Source: a virus
IMG/VR virus record: IMGVR_UViG_3300035675_000004
Location: 1-64,000 of that record
Direction: 5' to 3' (one strand)
DNA length: 64,000 nt
In this document: positions 18,956 through 29,220 of the stretch, one piece after another
Layout of the letters: each line of letters opens with the position of its first letter
Numbering within the stretch: the stretch's first letter is position 1
Made by a program: the position numbers and the translations under genes
The notes under the pieces: model-generated
The model's input: only the letters and a program-made list of their open reading frames with translations
Told to the model about the DNA's origin: nothing
Database searches by the model: none

Positions 18956-20368
18956 ATGTTAAATACTGGTATAATGGGAACATTGGCCGGTAAATTGACA
19001 GAAAACGGTAATGATGATTATACTGTGCTTCTGCTTCATTTCGACGGCCCGGATAATTCTGTTGTTTTTAATGATAGCAGCCGATATGGTCGTGATATAA
19101 CACATCCTGTCGGTGCTGTGCTGGATGATGTTCATTATAAATTTGGCAGAACTTCTTTACAATGTCGAGTTGGTGGAACTGATTATGTGTCCGCGGACGA
19201 TTCAGATGATTTTTATTTTGGAACCGGTGATTTTACAATAGATTGTTGGATTTATTTTAGTGCTCTGCCTGCTGAAGGTGCATGGGAATGTTTGTGCGCA
19301 CAAGGCGCTGATGACGATAATAGATTTTGTTGGATTTTATATAATAACAGTGGAACCTATGAGTGGAAGTTCAACCAACGGTGGTTATCAAATCAAGATC
19401 CCGATATGACTGTAAATGCAATTTCATTATCAGATAGTGTCTGGTATCATGTTGCTATAATTAGAAACGGGAGTAGTTTTAAAATATTTCAGGATGGTAT
19501 ACAATGCGGAAGCACAGTTACATCCTCTGCGACAATGCAAAATCATACCGGCGATTTTTATGTTGGTATATACCGAGACGCAACATCTGGTGAAACTAAC
19601 GGCTGGATAGACGAATTTAGAGTTTCAAAGGGCGTAGCGCGGTGGACAACGACCTTCAATCCCCCGGTTAAGGCTTACGGAGGCGCCGGCAACGACTCAT
19701 ATACTAAATTGCTTCTGCATGGCGAAGGTGCTGACGGATCAATATTTATAAATGATGCTAGCTGGTATAATCCCAAGTCTATTACCCGCAGCACCGGCGG
19801 CGATGTACAGGTTGATACAAGTCAGGCAAAGATTGGCACCGGCAGTATTATTTTTGATGGAACAGGAGATTATTTAACCGCTCCCAACAGCGCTGATTGG
19901 AATCTGGTCGATGGTGATTTCACGATAGATTTTTGGTATCGAATTGATGATTTGCCTGCGGCCTTTGATTGTATATTCTCGAATCGGGAAAACACCGGAG
20001 ATTATTCGCAAGGATTTGCTTTTTTTCTAAGAAATGATCTTCAAAAAGTATATTTTTCTTGGTATGATTCGGATAATGTTGGCTATACTATTACATCAGA
20101 CAATACCTATGCGGCGGATACTTGGTATCATATAGCGGCCGTCCGATATAATAATATTCTCAAACTTTATGTCAATGGCGTGGCGCAATCTACAACGAGA
20201 GATTTAACAGGGAAAACGAATAAAACGGAAATAACTGTCTTAACTATCGGCCGTGATGGCAATTACGAGGATTATTATTTTACAGGATGGGTGGATGAAT
20301 TTAGATGGTCGAAGGGTATCGCTAGGTGGAGGGAAAACTTTACGCCACCGACGAGACCATATGTTTAA
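18956..20368 (+). CDS. Tandem LamG/concanavalin-like lectin domain protein
   Basis: Two copies of LLLH.DG...GDFTID.W...WYH.A.R...GW.DEFR.SKG.ARW; AGGAG RBS. Confidence 0.85.
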   Translation: MLNTGIMGTLAGKLTENGNDDYTVLLLHFDGPDNSVVFNDSSRYGRDITHPVGAVLDDVHYKFGRTSLQCRVGGTDYVSADDSDDFYFGTGDFTIDCWIYFSALPAEGAWECLCAQGADDDNRFCWILYNNSGTYEWKFNQRWLSNQDPDMTVNAISLSDSVWYHVAIIRNGSSFKIFQDGIQCGSTVTSSATMQNHTGDFYVGIYRDATSGETNGWIDEFRVSKGVARWTTTFNPPVKAYGGAGNDSYTKLLLHGEGADGSIFINDASWYNPKSITRSTGGDVQVDTSQAKIGTGSIIFDGTGDYLTAPNSADWNLVDGDFTIDFWYRIDDLPAAFDCIFSNRENTGDYSQGFAFFLRNDLQKVYFSWYDSDNVGYTITSDNTYAADTWYHIAAVRYNNILKLYVNGVAQSTTRDLTGKTNKTEITVLTIGRDGNYEDYYFTGWVDEFRWSKGIARWRENFTPPTRPYV

Positions 20369-20399
20369 AGGTATAATATATTATAGGGGGATATAGATT

Positions 20400-20735
20400 A
20401 TGGAAAATGGTGAGGGTAAACAATATAGCACTTGGAGTAACTTTGTATTCAACTTCAAGAGACTGTGGCCAGATGTCACAGTTCTTATTTCAATTTTTCT
20501 TGTATTGTTTTTGATACCGACGGATTTCTTTCTTTCGGATAGTCCGAAGATGGGATTACTCAGTATATTCATTGGTAAGTTGATGTTTATTTCAGCAGGC
20601 ATCGTTCACGCACACATTACAAGAAAGATTCTTTGGCAGTATATTGATTTTAGCGCGGATGCTGACCCATTGAGAAAGGTAATGATTATTGGTTGGTATC
20701 TGATTATAATTTTTGCGTGGGCAAGAGGCGGATAA
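20400..20735 (+). CDS. Putative holin
   Basis: 111 aa with three hydrophobic segments; lies near the lysin and spanin-like genes. Confidence 0.55.
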   Translation: MENGEGKQYSTWSNFVFNFKRLWPDVTVLISIFLVLFLIPTDFFLSDSPKMGLLSIFIGKLMFISAGIVHAHITRKILWQYIDFSADADPLRKVMIIGWYLIIIFAWARGG

Positions 20736-20741
20736 TGGATT

Positions 20742-21560
20742 ATGGCCCAGATGTTATTCAGATATAAAAATAATGTTCGTGTAGATCCAGACAAGGATCG
20801 ACAAGGTAGCTATAAAAAGGGATATCCTGTGTCAATCAAGCCCGATGGATGGTATGAGGGAAATCCTAATTGGGCGCAATCTACTTATGCTGACAAGACA
20901 AAATGGTTTGTTGTGGATGTGACCGATGCTACAGTCGAAGAATTACAAACTTATATTAGAGATTGGAAAGACAGTTTTGATTATGAAATCCTTTCAGCAA
21001 CACCTGCAACTGGTCGATATACAGTTAGAGTTTTTGAAACCAATGTAAGCACATCCGGCTTGAATACAATGACGCAAGCAAAGGTTGGGTCTTTTTTGAA
21101 CAGGTGGCGATGCTCTAATATCAGCGCCACGACCAATTCGGTGCAGTTTGATTTTTCTCTTTGGGATGCGGTAAGGTCTGAGGGATTTTGGGAGTTAAAC
21201 CTTCTTATACAGTATCCGATTGAGTTTGTTTTGGTTTCATATTCTGCAACAACTGGAATTGGGGAGATACGGGCCACTGTTCCTATTGCTCTCAGGCCCG
21301 AGATAGTAACAAGAAGAATAATAGACCGCGGGGGAACAATTATATCTGCGATACATCCAGTATATGTTTTTGAAATTGAGAGAAGCGATATTCTGCAAAA
21401 ATTCAGGGCTGATGTGAAGATGTGGGCAGAACGAATATATAAACGAAGGCAATTTTATTTGACGGAAGCACAAGCGGATGCTATTCATGCGATGGGTGGA
21501 TACATCCAAAGAACGAAAGGGCAATTACTTGCCGAATTACGCAATGGGTTGGACGACTAA
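20742..21560 (+). CDS. Hypothetical protein
   Basis: Long ORF in the operon; no recognised motif. Confidence 0.6.
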   Translation: MAQMLFRYKNNVRVDPDKDRQGSYKKGYPVSIKPDGWYEGNPNWAQSTYADKTKWFVVDVTDATVEELQTYIRDWKDSFDYEILSATPATGRYTVRVFETNVSTSGLNTMTQAKVGSFLNRWRCSNISATTNSVQFDFSLWDAVRSEGFWELNLLIQYPIEFVLVSYSATTGIGEIRATVPIALRPEIVTRRIIDRGGTIISAIHPVYVFEIERSDILQKFRADVKMWAERIYKRRQFYLTEAQADAIHAMGGYIQRTKGQLLAELRNGLDD

Positions 21561-21588
21561 ATGGTGTAATTAGGTGATAGGAAATTAG

Positions 21589-23448
21589 ATGGCTATATTT
21601 TTAAGTGCAAATACTCAATTAGTTACTATCGTTGACGATGCCAAGTTTAACTTTGCTCCTGTTACTCAAGTCAGGACTGTTTCTGTTCATTATATGTCCG
21701 GGGATGCTGTTGATGATCCCGGAGATTATCAGGTATTATTGGGTCTAACTAATTTTGGTGCTGGTAGTTCTTATCAGGTAGTGGTGGGCAATAATGCGGG
21801 AGATAAATTTGTTGGGGGGCTTATCCAGAATTCTGCAGGAACAGTTATTGGTTCTTTCTCCTGTCCTTTTTCTATCGTAAATTCTCAATGGTATCGTCTT
21901 GTACTTGTCGCTTCTACTAACGGAAACTGCAAAATTTATATTGATGGTGTTTCTCAAACGGTATCACACAATTCATGGGATGACACAACGGGAATGACTC
22001 CCGCAACAATTTGGGTATCTGATGGAACCTTTAATAACAATAATCTCAATGTTGCCCACCTTGCAGTTTTCACCGATGAGCTTACCCAAACAGAAGTTGA
22101 TGATATTGGAAGCAATCCTTATTGCATGGACTCGAATGCCAATGTTATTCTGTCTATTCATTTTGATGAAATGACAGGTACAATAGCAAACGATGTCCAA
22201 ACAGTTACCACCTCGACATCCGGATCACTTAGTGATGGTATAGCGTGGGTTAATGCCTCTTTTCCTAAAGAAATTATCACTGTAGTCGATCCCGATGCCG
22301 GTGCTGGTTATGACTATGATGCACTTGCAGATTGGGAAGCCGACTTAGGAAATTCAACTGACGGCGATCTTCCTACCTACGACGAACAGGCAACAGCTAA
22401 GTGCCGTTGCACAGGTGGTTCGGCAGATACGGGAGGACACCTACAGATTAATGGGTGGACTACGGACGCAACCCGTTACATAAAAATCTGGACTGACCCC
22501 TCGGAATCATACAGGCATACAGGAAAATGGGATACAAGTAAGTATAGAATCACATCAACAAGCTGGGGCGAAATTCACTGGAACAAGGAAGCATTTGTTA
22601 GGATTTTTGGAATACAGTTTGGTCAAAATATAACAGGTAGAGAGTCCGACCAAGCACCTTCCATTATAAACATCCACACTCCCGGTGATGCCGTAGATTC
22701 AAGCGGAAATGTTATCTACTTCGCATATAACGTCATAAACATCTATGGCACACCAAATAATCCAACGGGTAGTATGAAGGCTTTATATGCTTCACCGGGA
22801 ACTATCGGAGCAAGTCCAAATCCTATTTACTATGTTTACAACAACCTGATAGTTGATGAGTCAGGTTATAGTGGATATACAAATAGTTTTGGTATGTCGT
22901 TTGAACATAGAGACCAGAACGCTTATGTCTATAACAATACTATAGTAAATTTCGGTTATGGTGGCGGTTGGGGAATATCTGGAGCAAGTGCTGCTGATGA
23001 TCGTCGTATCTACACGAAGAATAATCTCATCTATGGTTGTGTAAATGGTCGTGCGATAAGTCAAGATGCCCCAGCTAACTCTGATTACAACGCTACCAAT
23101 GTTGCGGATATTGGTTATGTCGATTCCGCTCACGACAGGGCTGGACAGACATTTACATTCGCAGGAACAGGGGATTATCATTTAGGAGTAGCTGATACAG
23201 GTGCAAGAACATATGGTCTCGCCGATCCCGGCACCGGCTTGTTCTCTGATGACATTGACGGCGCTGAACGTGGAGATACTTGGGATATCGGCGCCGACGA
23301 ATATATATCGACATATCATATTCTTTATGTTTATAGTAGTGGTGAATGGGTTAAAGAACACAGTCATTATGTTTTCAATAGTGAAAACCAGTGGGATCAA
23401 TCTACCCACGTTTATGTAGTATCAGGAGGAGAATGGGTTCCGGCATAA
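21589..23448 (+). CDS. LamG-like plus beta-helix (pectin lyase-like) virion protein
   Basis: N-terminal LamG-like region, YNNTIV/KNNLI repeats, 'DIDG..R...WDIGADEY' motif. Confidence 0.65.
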   Translation: MAIFLSANTQLVTIVDDAKFNFAPVTQVRTVSVHYMSGDAVDDPGDYQVLLGLTNFGAGSSYQVVVGNNAGDKFVGGLIQNSAGTVIGSFSCPFSIVNSQWYRLVLVASTNGNCKIYIDGVSQTVSHNSWDDTTGMTPATIWVSDGTFNNNNLNVAHLAVFTDELTQTEVDDIGSNPYCMDSNANVILSIHFDEMTGTIANDVQTVTTSTSGSLSDGIAWVNASFPKEIITVVDPDAGAGYDYDALADWEADLGNSTDGDLPTYDEQATAKCRCTGGSADTGGHLQINGWTTDATRYIKIWTDPSESYRHTGKWDTSKYRITSTSWGEIHWNKEAFVRIFGIQFGQNITGRESDQAPSIINIHTPGDAVDSSGNVIYFAYNVINIYGTPNNPTGSMKALYASPGTIGASPNPIYYVYNNLIVDESGYSGYTNSFGMSFEHRDQNAYVYNNTIVNFGYGGGWGISGASAADDRRIYTKNNLIYGCVNGRAISQDAPANSDYNATNVADIGYVDSAHDRAGQTFTFAGTGDYHLGVADTGARTYGLADPGTGLFSDDIDGAERGDTWDIGADEYISTYHILYVYSSGEWVKEHSHYVFNSENQWDQSTHVYVVSGGEWVPA

Positions 23449-23456
23449 ATAATTAT

Positions 23457-24053
23457 ATGATGAAATTACTAATAATTTTAATATCGGTGATATTTCTTTT
23501 TCCGTCTCAGCTTGGTGCGGTAGACAGGTGTAATGATTTTCTTGTGGACTCGCGTGCACAACACGTTAGATATTTTGGCTATGGCTATCCGTGGTGGTAT
23601 GGTGTCGGTCAGTTGAAACAGGAAAGCTGTTGCAGAGCAAGGGTTACTGCCTTTGATGCTGGTATGGGTGTCGCACAGTTTATGCCTGCTACAGCCAAGG
23701 AAGTAAAGAAATTGATGGGTGACTATTCACTCGACCCATACAATCCAGAACACGCCATCAAAATGCAAGCATTTTATATGGCAAGACTTCACAAGCAGAA
23801 CTGGGATGGCGGATTGTGGTTGACCTATCAGGCATACAATGGTGGGTGGGGCAATCTCAAGAAGGAATATGCTCGGTCAGGTAGTCTCAAATATGAGGAT
23901 ATGAAAGCCGCATGTAAAAGAGGCGGGGTTCAATTCAAGTGGGGATATCTCAGTTTTTGTGAAGTAAATTATGATTATTCCATCAAGATATTCAACTATG
24001 GTAGAGTGTACAAGGGTGGTGGAATACAGAGTGGTAATTGGAGATATTGGTAA
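23457..24053 (+). CDS. Lytic transglycosylase (SLT) endolysin with N-terminal signal peptide
   Basis: QES catalytic Glu, G.AQFMPAT and AYNGG motifs; hydrophobic N-terminus. Confidence 0.85.
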   Translation: MMKLLIILISVIFLFPSQLGAVDRCNDFLVDSRAQHVRYFGYGYPWWYGVGQLKQESCCRARVTAFDAGMGVAQFMPATAKEVKKLMGDYSLDPYNPEHAIKMQAFYMARLHKQNWDGGLWLTYQAYNGGWGNLKKEYARSGSLKYEDMKAACKRGGVQFKWGYLSFCEVNYDYSIKIFNYGRVYKGGGIQSGNWRYW

Positions 24054-24087
24054 AACCGATATTTTTGGTAAGATGTTTCGTTTTGAT

Positions 24088-24095
24088 TATAAATA
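24088..24095 (+). promoter_or_regulatory. T4-type late promoter TATAAATA
   Basis: Exact consensus, intergenic, upstream of the spanin-like genes. Confidence 0.7.
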
Positions 24096-24125
24096 TGTTA
24101 TAATCTATTAGAATAGGGGTGTATT

Positions 24126-24479
24126 ATGTTAGCAGCTGGACTTCCATTTTGGAAAATAGGGCTTGGTGTTTTGCTCGCCATTGTTTTGATGGCCGCGGCC
24201 ACGACCATAGGCAGGAATTATCCTAATTCCGCTGTCATTGAAAGGCTCATAGAGCAGACAGAAGAAAAAATCAAAGCTGAATACGAAGCTAAGATGACGC
24301 AGAAAGATGCGGAAATCGAGGCACTTCAGAAGAACATCGAAGTTTCACAGGAAGATGTAAAGAAACTCGAAAAGAAGATTGCCGCTCTCAGGAAGGCATA
24401 TAGTGATATCAAACCACCGGCATCATCTGCTGAAATGAGAAAGCGATTTACGGATTTAGGCTATCCACCGGAGAATTGA
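24126..24479 (+). CDS. Putative i-spanin (Rz-like)
   Basis: N-terminal TM followed by a coiled coil; directly follows the lysin. Confidence 0.55.
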   Translation: MLAAGLPFWKIGLGVLLAIVLMAAATTIGRNYPNSAVIERLIEQTEEKIKAEYEAKMTQKDAEIEALQKNIEVSQEDVKKLEKKIAALRKAYSDIKPPASSAEMRKRFTDLGYPPEN

Positions 24480-24480
24480 A

Positions 24481-24873
24481 ATGAAAACAGTATTATCAAT
24501 AATTATAGCAATTATTTTTTTGACCTTGCCGATTTCATCTCCGGCTGCAACCGTCTCTTTTTCAGAGGAAGTTGCGAACAAGATGGTGGTGGAATTGGAA
24601 CAGGGGAGACTAATTCAAGAAGAACTTGATGCGACAAGAGCGATGAATGTTGAGCTACAGAAGCAGGTCGCTCTCCTCAAAGAAGTAAACAAACTACAGG
24701 AAGAACAAATTCAAACTTTACAGAGAGCCATCGAGCAATATCAGAAGCTTCTCAAAGAACAGGGTATTGCCTATGAAGCAGCACTTAAAAATGCTAAGCC
24801 GAATTTCTGGTCTACGATGATGGAATATGCTGTCTGTGTGGGTATTGGTGTTCTTTGCGGTCTATTAATATAA
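24481..24873 (+). CDS. Putative spanin partner (signal peptide, coiled coil, C-terminal TM)
   Basis: Topology and position. Confidence 0.45.
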   Translation: MKTVLSIIIAIIFLTLPISSPAATVSFSEEVANKMVVELEQGRLIQEELDATRAMNVELQKQVALLKEVNKLQEEQIQTLQRAIEQYQKLLKEQGIAYEAALKNAKPNFWSTMMEYAVCVGIGVLCGLLI

Positions 24874-24876
24874 TTT

Positions 24877-27800
24877 ATGTGCAATCCAAAATGTCTTGCG
24901 TTTGTCGAAAAATATCTTATACCTAATGATATCATAGGAAAATCTATAATTGATGTGGGGAGCCGGGACATAAACGGCTCTCCTCGATATTATGTCCTGT
25001 CACACAAACCAGAAAAATATATCGGCGTCGATATTGAAAAAGGAAAAGGCGTCGATATTATTTGCGATGCAAATGAGCTGGTAAAAAAGTTTGGCAGAGA
25101 AACATTTGATATCGTTATTTCTACAGAACTCCTTGAACACATAAAGGACTGGCGGCGCGCCATCCAGAATATGAAGGATGTTCTCAAGCCCGGCGGTAAA
25201 ATCTTTATCACCACAAGGTCTCCCGGTTTTCCAACTCACAATTATCCGCAGGACTATTGGCGATTTACGAAAGAAAATATGTATCGCATCTTCGATGATT
25301 TCGATAATGTAGTCATAGAGGACGATGACAGTATGCCCGGCGTTTTCGTTTTTGGAACAAAATCTGAAAGACAGAGTTCATTATCTGATATCCATTTGAG
25401 AAACATCCATCACAGCCTCATCTACGGACATACAAGTTTCATACCCTTCTCAGGTTATGCTGCTCACGCTAGAGAATTTTTCACACGGTTGAATAAGTTT
25501 TATCCAGTAAGGATACGAAATTTTGCACACACGCCTAATTTGTCACATCTGACACAAGAACAGAAAGATATGGTCGTTCATATGACTTGGAAGGATCCGC
25601 CATATGAAATCGGCACATCTTTTGATATCAATCAATATAAGAGAATACTCAATATTATTTTGATGGAGACAAATCATCATTATTATTATGATGAATATCG
25701 AGGCCCGAAGATTGCTTATAATGTATGGGAGAGCACCAGACAACCGGAACAATTTTTCAAAAGGATATTGAAATATGACCAGCTATGGGTGCCGACACAT
25801 TGGCAGAGACAATGTTCTGTAGAGCAAGGTTATCCAGAAGATAGGGTCAAGGTGGTGCCGGAAGGCGTCGATGGTAATATATTTTTCCCGAAGCCAGATT
25901 TGAAAAAACCCGAGAGGTTCAGGTTTGTAATTTTTGGACGATGGGATTATAGAAAATATACTACAGAAATGATAAAGGCCTTTTTGATGGAGTTCAAAAA
26001 GACAGAGCCCGTGGAGTTGTATATTTCGGTTGACAATCCATATCCGGTGGATGAGTTGAAATCTACAGAAGAACGCCTTGTTTATTACGGATTGAAAGAT
26101 AATCGAATACATATATTGCATTTTCCTTCACAGGATTATTACATTCAAATGCTTCAGACATCACACGCTTTTCTTTCGTGCTCTCGATCAGAAGGATGGA
26201 ACCTTCCTCTTATTGAAGCAATCGCTTGTGGACTTCCCACGATCTGTTCTGATTATGGTGCACAGTTGGAATTTGCGGACGGTATTTCTGCGAAGGTTGC
26301 TATAAAGGAAATGAAACGTCCAAAGAATGTGTTCATGCAAAGTAATGTGCCGGGATTGTGGGCCGAGCCTGATTTTGAACATCTGATGTTTACAATGAGG
26401 GATGTGTATGAACGGTATGATCACTGGCAGAAAATAGCCGACGATGGTTCAATAAAAGTCAGGAAGGAATTTTCTTGGGATAAGGCGGTGAACAAGGCTC
26501 TGGGCATTATAGAGAACACTTTCCAGCAACCTGATATTGTGAAATTGAATGTCGGTGCTGGTGATGAGAAAAAACCCGGATATGTAAACATAGACAAATA
26601 TACATCATCTGATCAGAAAGCAGATGGTGCTGATCTACAGTATGATGCTGAAAGCGTAGATGAAATTTTCTCCTCTCATATGCTCGAACATCTTGGTAAG
26701 AATGAGATACTCAAAACATTGAAAGATTGGTATCGGATTTTGAAGTGGGATGGTAAGATTGTTCTCGATGTTCCTGATATCGAATGGTGCATAAAGTTTT
26801 TCTTGGAACACGCTGAAGTCAGTGTTGGTGACCGCCCATCAAAATGGGAGTTTCCACTGGACACGATTTTTGGAAATCAGGAACACGAAGGCGAATATCA
26901 CAAAACAGGCTTCACAAAAGAAAGGTTAAGATTTCTTCTGGAAGAAGCCGGATTTTCAGATGTTCTTGTCAAGACACATACTTCACACAATCAGGAATGT
27001 ATCTACGCTGAGGGATACAAGAGAAAAAAGAAACTCAAAGAAGTTTTTATCGTGGATTGTTATCCTGATACACAGGAAAAGATTGACCTTACCGTATCAA
27101 TCATCGAGAAGCTAAAAAAATATAATCAACCGATAGCATTGGTATCACATTATCCAATCCCGCCGGAATTATCATCATTGGTAAACTACTCTATTTATGA
27201 CCACAATAATATTCTGAGTGAAGGATGGTCACTCAATTACTGGTATATCACCAAAGAATATAAGGTTGTCACGAAGCTGGAGAAAAAATACCACGCGGCC
27301 GCCTGCTACTCATCTCTGAAAAACGCTGTTGATTTTCTCAAGGATAAATTTGATTTTGCGCACTTTATAGAGTTCGATATGGATGCGGATTTTGATTTGT
27401 ATCTGGAAAAGACCGCAGAGCAGAGAGATAACAATAAGAAATTTGTGGGATTTTTATACATTGAAGAACAGCTAGGACGCAATATCGGTATTATGGCCAA
27501 TTTATTTTCTTTCTCCTTGCGATGGTTGGCGGACAAACTTGACCAGATAAATTCGTGGGAAGAGTACAGAAAACTTTCAGATTTAACCGCGGCCGCAGAG
27601 AGGGCCAATGTTGATCATGTGTTTGAAAATTGGCTTTATAGATATTTCAAATATAAAAATATATTATCTGATGCGATATTTCTCTCCAAAGACAAGAAAA
27701 ATATAATTCGTAATAGTAATGTTTATTGCAGAGTGGATGTTGAGCCAAAGGTTAAATTTCATTTGTCTGAAACCGATGAAGGCCAGATAGTTTTGTTTGC

Positions 27801-29157
27801 TTTCAATATAAGCCCGGAAGCTAAAACAATACATATGGGTCTCGGCGACGATATGAGAGCATTTGATTTGAAACCAAAGAACGGAAATGCCTATGTGGTT
27901 ATTCCCCGTCCCGGCTATCTCACGACAGCCAAATTTACAGTAGATGATGAAACAAAAGAAATAGAGATCGACCCGCTTAAATCCTATGATGAGACTATTT
28001 TCAGATTTAAAGATGATAAAATAAAATGTATCAGATGGGAGCCAATACATAATAAAGGGTTTATGGAAACAGAGCCCGTTGCGCCCGCAAAAGATGAGAC
28101 GATAAAGATAACATTCCATGACAAAGCCAAAGTGGACATTACTGGTGATCAAAATGACAGCACCTATGGTGTAGAGTTTATAGATAAGGATAATAACACT
28201 TCTGTTTTCACAGGAAGCATAAAAATAAACCACTGGACTGCCCCGAACAGACGATATTATACTGATTGGAAAATAAAAATCAGTAAGGATGGCCGTCCTT
28301 ACAGTGAATATGATTTTGATTTGAAGGGAAAGAAAGTATACATTTATATGGATGCTAATCCATTGGGCGACAATATTGCATGGTTTCCATACGCCGAGGA
28401 GTTTAGAAAGAAACATGGTTGTGAAACATATGTCTCGACATACTGGAACCATCTATTTGAAGCCAACTATCCTGAATTGAAATTTGTTCCGCCGGGAAGC
28501 AAAATAGAAAATCTGACAGCCATGTATAGTATAGGTATCAGGGATAATGATGCTGACAGTAACAAGAATAACTGGAAAACCGTTCCTTTACAGCAGGTCG
28601 CCGCTGATTATTTGGGTCTTGAATACAAAGAAATCAAACCTATAATCACTGTTCCAAAGATGAAAAGACCATTGGAGGACAGGTATATTTGTATTTCCGA
28701 GCATTCTACTTTACAGGCAAAGTATTGGAATTATCCCGGTGGCTGGCAGAAAGTTATTGATTACTTACTCCAAAAGGGTATAAAAACGATGGTAATCAGT
28801 AAAGAGCCAACGAAGTTACAGAGAATTATAAATAAAACGAATAGTTCAATACAGCAGACAATGAACAATATCCAACATTGTGAGTTCTTTATGGGGGTAA
28901 GTGCAGGGCCGACTTGGTTATCGTGGGCCATGAATAAACCTACCATTCTCATCTCCGGTTATAGCACCAGATGGGCAGAAATGAAAGATTGTGTAAGAAT
29001 AATCAACGAAGCTGTCTGTCATGGGTGCTTCAACGATCCTACCTTGTTTTTTGACAGGGGTAATTGGTGGTGGTGCCCAAGAAATAAGAAATTCGAGTGC
29101 ACGCTAGCAATAACACCCGAAAAAGTCATATCTGAAATAGATAAATTATTGCAGTAA
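24877..29157 (+). CDS. Multidomain methyltransferase / GT4 glycosyltransferase / methyltransferase / Aah-TibC-type O-heptosyltransferase
   Basis: IDVGS SAM motif; SRSEGWNLPLIEA (GT4 EX7E); LNVGAG...SHMLEH; C-terminal LGDNIAW and CHGC-x15-C-x7-C iron-finger-like motif. Confidence 0.85.
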   Translation: MCNPKCLAFVEKYLIPNDIIGKSIIDVGSRDINGSPRYYVLSHKPEKYIGVDIEKGKGVDIICDANELVKKFGRETFDIVISTELLEHIKDWRRAIQNMKDVLKPGGKIFITTRSPGFPTHNYPQDYWRFTKENMYRIFDDFDNVVIEDDDSMPGVFVFGTKSERQSSLSDIHLRNIHHSLIYGHTSFIPFSGYAAHAREFFTRLNKFYPVRIRNFAHTPNLSHLTQEQKDMVVHMTWKDPPYEIGTSFDINQYKRILNIILMETNHHYYYDEYRGPKIAYNVWESTRQPEQFFKRILKYDQLWVPTHWQRQCSVEQGYPEDRVKVVPEGVDGNIFFPKPDLKKPERFRFVIFGRWDYRKYTTEMIKAFLMEFKKTEPVELYISVDNPYPVDELKSTEERLVYYGLKDNRIHILHFPSQDYYIQMLQTSHAFLSCSRSEGWNLPLIEAIACGLPTICSDYGAQLEFADGISAKVAIKEMKRPKNVFMQSNVPGLWAEPDFEHLMFTMRDVYERYDHWQKIADDGSIKVRKEFSWDKAVNKALGIIENTFQQPDIVKLNVGAGDEKKPGYVNIDKYTSSDQKADGADLQYDAESVDEIFSSHMLEHLGKNEILKTLKDWYRILKWDGKIVLDVPDIEWCIKFFLEHAEVSVGDRPSKWEFPLDTIFGNQEHEGEYHKTGFTKERLRFLLEEAGFSDVLVKTHTSHNQECIYAEGYKRKKKLKEVFIVDCYPDTQEKIDLTVSIIEKLKKYNQPIALVSHYPIPPELSSLVNYSIYDHNNILSEGWSLNYWYITKEYKVVTKLEKKYHAAACYSSLKNAVDFLKDKFDFAHFIEFDMDADFDLYLEKTAEQRDNNKKFVGFLYIEEQLGRNIGIMANLFSFSLRWLADKLDQINSWEEYRKLSDLTAAAERANVDHVFENWLYRYFKYKNILSDAIFLSKDKKNIIRNSNVYCRVDVEPKVKFHLSETDEGQIVLFAFNISPEAKTIHMGLGDDMRAFDLKPKNGNAYVVIPRPGYLTTAKFTVDDETKEIEIDPLKSYDETIFRFKDDKIKCIRWEPIHNKGFMETEPVAPAKDETIKITFHDKAKVDITGDQNDSTYGVEFIDKDNNTSVFTGSIKINHWTAPNRRYYTDWKIKISKDGRPYSEYDFDLKGKKVYIYMDANPLGDNIAWFPYAEEFRKKHGCETYVSTYWNHLFEANYPELKFVPPGSKIENLTAMYSIGIRDNDADSNKNNWKTVPLQQVAADYLGLEYKEIKPIITVPKMKRPLEDRYICISEHSTLQAKYWNYPGGWQKVIDYLLQKGIKTMVISKEPTKLQRIINKTNSSIQQTMNNIQHCEFFMGVSAGPTWLSWAMNKPTILISGYSTRWAEMKDCVRIINEAVCHGCFNDPTLFFDRGNWWWCPRNKKFECTLAITPEKVISEIDKLLQ

Positions 29158-29171
29158 GAAAGCCAAAAATC

Positions 29172-29179
29172 TATAAATA
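29172..29179 (+). promoter_or_regulatory. T4-type late promoter TATAAATA
   Basis: Exact consensus, intergenic. Confidence 0.7.
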
Positions 29180-29220
29180 ATATAAGATAACACAAAAATA
29201 CACTTTTGCGGGGTAGACAC

